Made by a program: the position numbers and the translations under genes. Under the pieces are notes generated by a model. It searched no databases. It was given only the letters and a program-made list of their open reading frames with translations, and was not told where the DNA came from. A DNA stretch of 44,704 nucleotides from Tepidiformaceae bacterium (GTDB taxonomy: Bacteria > Chloroflexota > Dehalococcoidia > Tepidiformales > Tepidiformaceae), in assembly GCA_036515015.1 (NCBI GenBank), contig DATBWD010000247.1:1-44704 (forward strand), given 5' to 3'. Each line of letters begins with the position of its first letter. Position 1 is the first letter of the stretch. Positions 41,141-44,704 of this stretch are shown one piece after another.

Positions 41141-42516
41141 CCGAGAGGGTTCTGGGGACAGATGTCAGCCTGTTCAACGGGCTTGTCTACTGGCCCGGAG
41201 CCAAAGCCGACGGCGTTGTGCACGCGGGCATCCGATGGGGCCAGCGGGACGGGCGCAACGGCTACGCGGATCCGCGCCGGCTCGAGAACTGGTTGGGCGC
41301 CAAGGCCGTCGCCATCGACCGCTACGGCTATTGGGTGTGGGATGAGCGGGCTGGCCACGGCGCTGCAGCCCACATGGCGGGGGTAGTCACGTGCTCGCTG
41401 ACCTACGATGGCGAACTCCCTTTCGTCGTCGACGTCGAACTGCTGCCGCTCCGCTGGGATGAACTACACTCCTTCCTGATCCGGGTCGAGTCGTGGGCCG
41501 GCCGACGGCCGATCATCTACACCGGCTCGTGGTACTACGACATCGTCGACCCACTTCCGGCATGGCTCGAGCAGTACGAGCACTGGCTGACGGGATATAA
41601 TGACGACGGCCCCAGCGTGTGGGGGCCACTTGCAGATCTCGACATCGCCGTCGTAAACTGGCAGCAGTCCAACGCATGGCAGGTGGGCTGGTGTGAGCGC
41701 GGGGCGGCCGACCGTGACTACTGGATCGACGACTATGCGGGCCACATAGGAGGCGAGATGGGCGACAAGGTTGTTCGGACAGAGGACTTGCGGGCATGGC
41801 TGGCGGGCAATGAGTTCGAGGTCGATCCGCCCGCCCCGCCGCCGGTGCCATCCGACGCGCTCTGGCTGGCTTGGCCGTGCGATCCGCCCAAGACGCTGAC
41901 CCAACGGTACGGCATCAACAGGCAGCACTACGCGCAATTCGGGCTACCGGGCCATGAAGGCATCGACTTCCGGGCGCTGACTGGATCGCCGATCTTCGCT
42001 GCGGCGCCTGGCGTGGTGAGCCGGGTGGAGCCGGCCGCCGGGAGTGGGGCCTACGGTGTGCATGTGCGGGTGAAGCACACCCTTGGCCTCGAGGTCTACG
42101 AGACCGTCTACGGCCACTGCCAGGTCGCCAGCCTCCGCGTGGCTCTGGGCGAAGCCGTCGAGCGGGGACAGGTGGTCGGGCTGGCTGACAACACGGGCAA
42201 CTCGAGCGGGCCGCACCTGCACATGACCCTGAAGCACTATGGCAAGGGTAGCCCGTGGATGAACAAGAGCGACATCGTCAACCCGACGGCCTACATGCCA
42301 GACCTCTTCCCGGGCAACGGATGGATCGTGGACATCGCTGGCAACCTGCGCGAGCAGCCCAACGACCAGGCACCCATCATCCGTCTGCTGGCCGCCAACA
42401 CTCTTCTGCAGGCGCTTGCCTTCGGAGGCGAGGGCGGCGACTGGTGGAAGGTTAAGTTCGGGACGCAGGAGGGATGGTTCTGGGAGCCGGGCTACAAACT
42501 GCGGGCGGTGGCTTGA
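41137..42516 (+). CDS. endolysin: GH25-like muramidase + M23 peptidase + SH3-like domain
   Basis: ATGA overlap. The N-terminus GTDVSLFNGLVYWPGAKADGVVHAGIRWG...VVDVE is GH25-like. A PPAPPPVP linker follows. M23 motifs are HEGIDF and GNSSGPHLHMTLKH. The C-terminal WWKVKFGTQEGWFW is SH3b-like. Confidence 0.85.
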   Translation: MTERVLGTDVSLFNGLVYWPGAKADGVVHAGIRWGQRDGRNGYADPRRLENWLGAKAVAIDRYGYWVWDERAGHGAAAHMAGVVTCSLTYDGELPFVVDVELLPLRWDELHSFLIRVESWAGRRPIIYTGSWYYDIVDPLPAWLEQYEHWLTGYNDDGPSVWGPLADLDIAVVNWQQSNAWQVGWCERGAADRDYWIDDYAGHIGGEMGDKVVRTEDLRAWLAGNEFEVDPPAPPPVPSDALWLAWPCDPPKTLTQRYGINRQHYAQFGLPGHEGIDFRALTGSPIFAAAPGVVSRVEPAAGSGAYGVHVRVKHTLGLEVYETVYGHCQVASLRVALGEAVERGQVVGLADNTGNSSGPHLHMTLKHYGKGSPWMNKSDIVNPTAYMPDLFPGNGWIVDIAGNLREQPNDQAPIIRLLAANTLLQALAFGGEGGDWWKVKFGTQEGWFWEPGYKLRAVA

Positions 42517-42824
42517 TGGAACTCCCGCCTCAGTTGCAGTGGGCGCTCGGACCATTCGGCGCGCTGATGATCCTAGGCGTCGTCGCATGGCTTGGATTTA
42601 GGGGACACATCTGGAGCAAGCGCCAGGTGGATCAGGCGACCAATGCCCAGCGCGAAGCCTTCAAGATCGCCGCTAGGGAGATCGGCGAGGCGATGGCGAA
42701 GGGCTTGGAGGACGCTATGACGAGTGCCATCGCAAACGGCGTCCCAGCCATGTACAAGAAGATCCGCAAGTTCGAGAATGGCAAGATCAACGCGGCAGCG
42801 GCCAAGCCAAGGCGCAGGGCGTAG
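42516..42824 (+). CDS. holin-like membrane protein
   Basis: TGATG overlap with the endolysin, in frame with track ORF 42474..42824. It has one TM (WALGPFGALMILGVVAWLGF) and a charged C-terminal tail. Confidence 0.5.
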   Translation: MELPPQLQWALGPFGALMILGVVAWLGFRGHIWSKRQVDQATNAQREAFKIAAREIGEAMAKGLEDAMTSAIANGVPAMYKKIRKFENGKINAAAAKPRRRA

Positions 42825-42840
42825 TTGCCGACGTCGGCAA
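42825..42840. repeat. perfect 16-bp palindrome
   Basis: TTGCCGACGTCGGCAA lies directly after the stop at 42824. Confidence 0.7.
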
Positions 42841-42842
42841 AC

Positions 42843-42956
42843 ATGGGACAGCCCACCGACCCACCCCTGATCTGGGCGCTACTGGCAGGCATCCTCTCCT
42901 ATCTCGTCCTAGCCATGCTGGTGTGGGCGGTGCGGAAGGTGCCACCGACCAAGTAG
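42843..42956 (+). CDS. 37-aa membrane peptide (second lysis-cassette component?)
   Basis: MGQPTDPPLIWALLAGILSYLVLAMLVWAVRKVPPTK. Below the track threshold and with no clear SD. Confidence 0.35.
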   Translation: MGQPTDPPLIWALLAGILSYLVLAMLVWAVRKVPPTK

Positions 42957-42961
42957 GCGGC

Positions 42962-42990
42962 TTGCCCGGCCGGCTGGCCTGTGGTAGCCT
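42962..42990 (+). promoter_or_regulatory. weak promoter candidate
   Basis: TTGCCC, a 17-nt spacer, then TAGCCT (TAnnnT), in the 79-nt gap upstream of the LCP gene. Confidence 0.25.
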
Positions 42991-43035
42991 GACAGCCGTG
43001 CCGGACCGGGCCTTCCCCCCACGATAGGAGAGCCG

Positions 43036-44145
43036 ATGAAACTACGGGAGTTCGTTCTCGTCCTCTTTGCCTTCCTGCTGGCCGGCTGCGCCCCGGCCAC
43101 GGGCGGGCCGCTGGCGACGGAGGTGGCTGTCCAGGCCACGATCTTCGCCCCCAGCCCCACTCCGCTACAGCCAGTGCCGCCTACGGCTACGCCTGTGCCC
43201 GGCCCCGAGGCGACGTCCTTCGTCCTGCTCGGTCTGGACTCCGACCCGGCCCACCCGGAGCGGAACGCCTACGGCATCCGCACCGACGTGTTCGTGATCG
43301 GCGTTCTAGTCACCTACCCGCAGTGGGACGCGCCGCCCCGACTTGTCCTGTTCAGCCTGCCGCGGGATCTCTACCTGCCCATCGCCTGCGCCGGGGACAC
43401 CCAGACGGGCTCGTGGATCGACCTGCCGGGCCAGTATGCCATCGACCAATCGTTGGCCGACGTGCCTCGAGAAGCCTTCGACCGCATCAACGCCGCCTAC
43501 TACCGGGGCGGGCCAGAGTGTGTGCGAGAGACTATTCGCTGGAACTTCGGGATCACTGTGGACGGGCCAGTGGTGGCGGTCGAGATGGGCAAGTTCGTGG
43601 AAGCCGTTGACGCGCTAGGCGGACTTGACATCACGCCCGGCGAGGACTACGTCGACTTCTGCGGTTACTACCTCGGCACCGACGGCAACGGCGGTGACTG
43701 GCGGCACTGGCGGCCTGGAGTCACCCGCCACCTGACGGGCAATGAGGTTCTCTGCTATGTGCGCGGCCGACGCACGCCAGATGGCGACCTTGACAGGAAC
43801 CGCCGAACCCTCGAGGTACTGCAGGCTGCTCGGCAGCAGTGGACGCCCGAGCACCTGATGAACACCGCTGGGGCCGACGGCGTCGCCACGCTGATGTCCT
43901 GGGCGTGGAACTACGTCACGGTCGACAACTGGATCACGACGATCACATGGAGCGTGGATAACTTCGAGCCACTGCGGCTGGCCGAGATCAATACGGCCCG
44001 CATGCGGCTAGGTGAGACGGTGGAGTTCTACACCACGCCGGGTGGAGCGAGCGTCGTGGTGCCGGCCTTCAATCTGGTCGAGCCGGGCATGGATCAGGCG
44101 GACTACCTCATGCACTGGTTCGGCTGCGGCATCTGGGCCTGCTGA
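43036..44145 (+). CDS. LCP (LytR-CpsA-Psr) family protein with lipoprotein signal peptide
   Basis: The ATG follows TAGGAGAG. The lipobox is FLLAGC. LCP core motifs are FVLLGLDSD...IRTDVFVIGVL...LFSLPRDLYLP...INAAYYRGGPE...VDALGGLDI...LTGNEVLCYVRGRR...DLDRNRR. Confidence 0.75.
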   Translation: MKLREFVLVLFAFLLAGCAPATGGPLATEVAVQATIFAPSPTPLQPVPPTATPVPGPEATSFVLLGLDSDPAHPERNAYGIRTDVFVIGVLVTYPQWDAPPRLVLFSLPRDLYLPIACAGDTQTGSWIDLPGQYAIDQSLADVPREAFDRINAAYYRGGPECVRETIRWNFGITVDGPVVAVEMGKFVEAVDALGGLDITPGEDYVDFCGYYLGTDGNGGDWRHWRPGVTRHLTGNEVLCYVRGRRTPDGDLDRNRRTLEVLQAARQQWTPEHLMNTAGADGVATLMSWAWNYVTVDNWITTITWSVDNFEPLRLAEINTARMRLGETVEFYTTPGGASVVVPAFNLVEPGMDQADYLMHWFGCGIWAC

Positions 44146-44704
44146 TGCGCTGGAGTATCCTACTCGCTCTCCTGCTGACCGCCTGCGCGTCTGCCGTGCC
44201 GCCTACGGCGGAGCCTGTGGTGGCGACGGCCACGATCCGGCCTACCGCCCGCCCTACTCCCACGCGGACGCCCACGGCCACACCCAGCCCGACGCCTGAC
44301 CCGGCGTGGCCGTTCACCGTGCCGTGGACGGTGAACTGCACGGACGACGTGCAGGAGAATGGCTACGAGAACCAAGGCTACTGCGTGCCCGGACTTGTGA
44401 CCTGGGACGCGTCCCGCTTCCAGAACCCCGGCTCATTCTCCGGCGCCATCTCGAGTTACGGAGAGGGCATCGCCGAGGGAGTGTGCGGCTACCGGGCGAC
44501 CTACCTGGACATCACCTGCTCCAAGTACAAGGGCTTCGTGGCCGTGATGGGCTGCGGCGACATCGGAAAGCGGGCGATGATCCGCCGGCCGGGCCACGAT
44601 TGGGATGGCCCGTTCCTGATCGTGGACTGCTCGGGCCGCAACGACGTGGCCGTGAACGTGATCCAGAAGCGTCTGGCGGCGGAGGTGGATTACGCTACGG
44701 CCCA
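44145..44704 (+). CDS. secreted lipoprotein, 3'-truncated by the window end
   Basis: TGATG overlap with the LCP gene. It is not in the ORF track because it is open at the window edge. The lipobox in MRWSILLALLLTAC is LLTAC, followed by a Pro/Thr-rich linker and a Cys-rich globular part (...GKRAMIRRPGHDWDGPFLIVDCSGRNDV...). Confidence 0.6.
   Translation, partial: MRWSILLALLLTACASAVPPTAEPVVATATIRPTARPTPTRTPTATPSPTPDPAWPFTVPWTVNCTDDVQENGYENQGYCVPGLVTWDASRFQNPGSFSGAISSYGEGIAEGVCGYRATYLDITCSKYKGFVAVMGCGDIGKRAMIRRPGHDWDGPFLIVDCSGRNDVAVNVIQKRLAAEVDYATA

Noticed and set aside
42825-42840. The palindrome TTGCCGACGTCGGCAA considered as an intrinsic terminator.
   Set aside because: The effective stem is short, and the palindrome is followed by ACATGGG rather than a U-tract. 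I kept it only as a palindrome of unknown role, possibly a protein-binding site.

Overview
This 44.7-kb, visibly G+C-rich window reads as a tailed (siphovirus-like) phage genome or prophage segment. Every gene I can support is on the + strand. Genes are tightly packed, and more than 25 junctions are start/stop overlaps (ATGA, GTGA, TGATG). Layout: (1) about 600 nt of structured non-coding DNA with C-tracts, palindromes and a sigma70-like promoter. (2) About 25 small early-type genes (608-7309); six are joined by a repeated 18-36 nt junction cassette that carries a GGAGGAGG ribosome-binding site, a GTG start and, in most copies, the upstream stop. (3) A ParB-domain DNA methyltransferase and a SIS-type sugar-phosphate isomerase. 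(4) A packaging/head module: putative small terminase, large terminase, portal, a 1027-aa MuF-type minor head protein with a large N-terminal extension and about 12 x 20-aa tandem repeats, a scaffold/protease-like protein, and the major capsid protein. (5) Between the capsid gene and the tail genes, a 6.6-kb carbohydrate island: SAM methyltransferase, GHMP sugar kinase, GT2, small membrane protein, SDR epimerase, a 995-aa GT4+GT2+GT2 enzyme, and a DUF1360-like membrane protein. (6) A tail module: tube protein fused to an Asp-box propeller-like region, chaperone with an apparent +1-frame extension, tape measure, and three large downstream tail proteins plus one small ORF. (7) An MptE/Maf-like (DUF115) putative glycosyltransferase, a GH25+M23+SH3 endolysin and holin-like peptides. 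(8) A lipoprotein of the LCP (LytR-CpsA-Psr) family, then a second lipoprotein cut by the window end. I recognised no rRNA, tRNA, CRISPR array, transposase, integrase, repressor or replication genes, so the window may not be a complete genome. The most interesting signal is the distributed glycan toolkit (isomerase, kinase, epimerase, methyltransferase, at least five GT domains, membrane proteins, LCP ligase). I interpret it, as inference only, as a phage-encoded glycosylation or cell-wall glycopolymer system. All functional calls come from motif recognition by eye and gene order; no database search was run.
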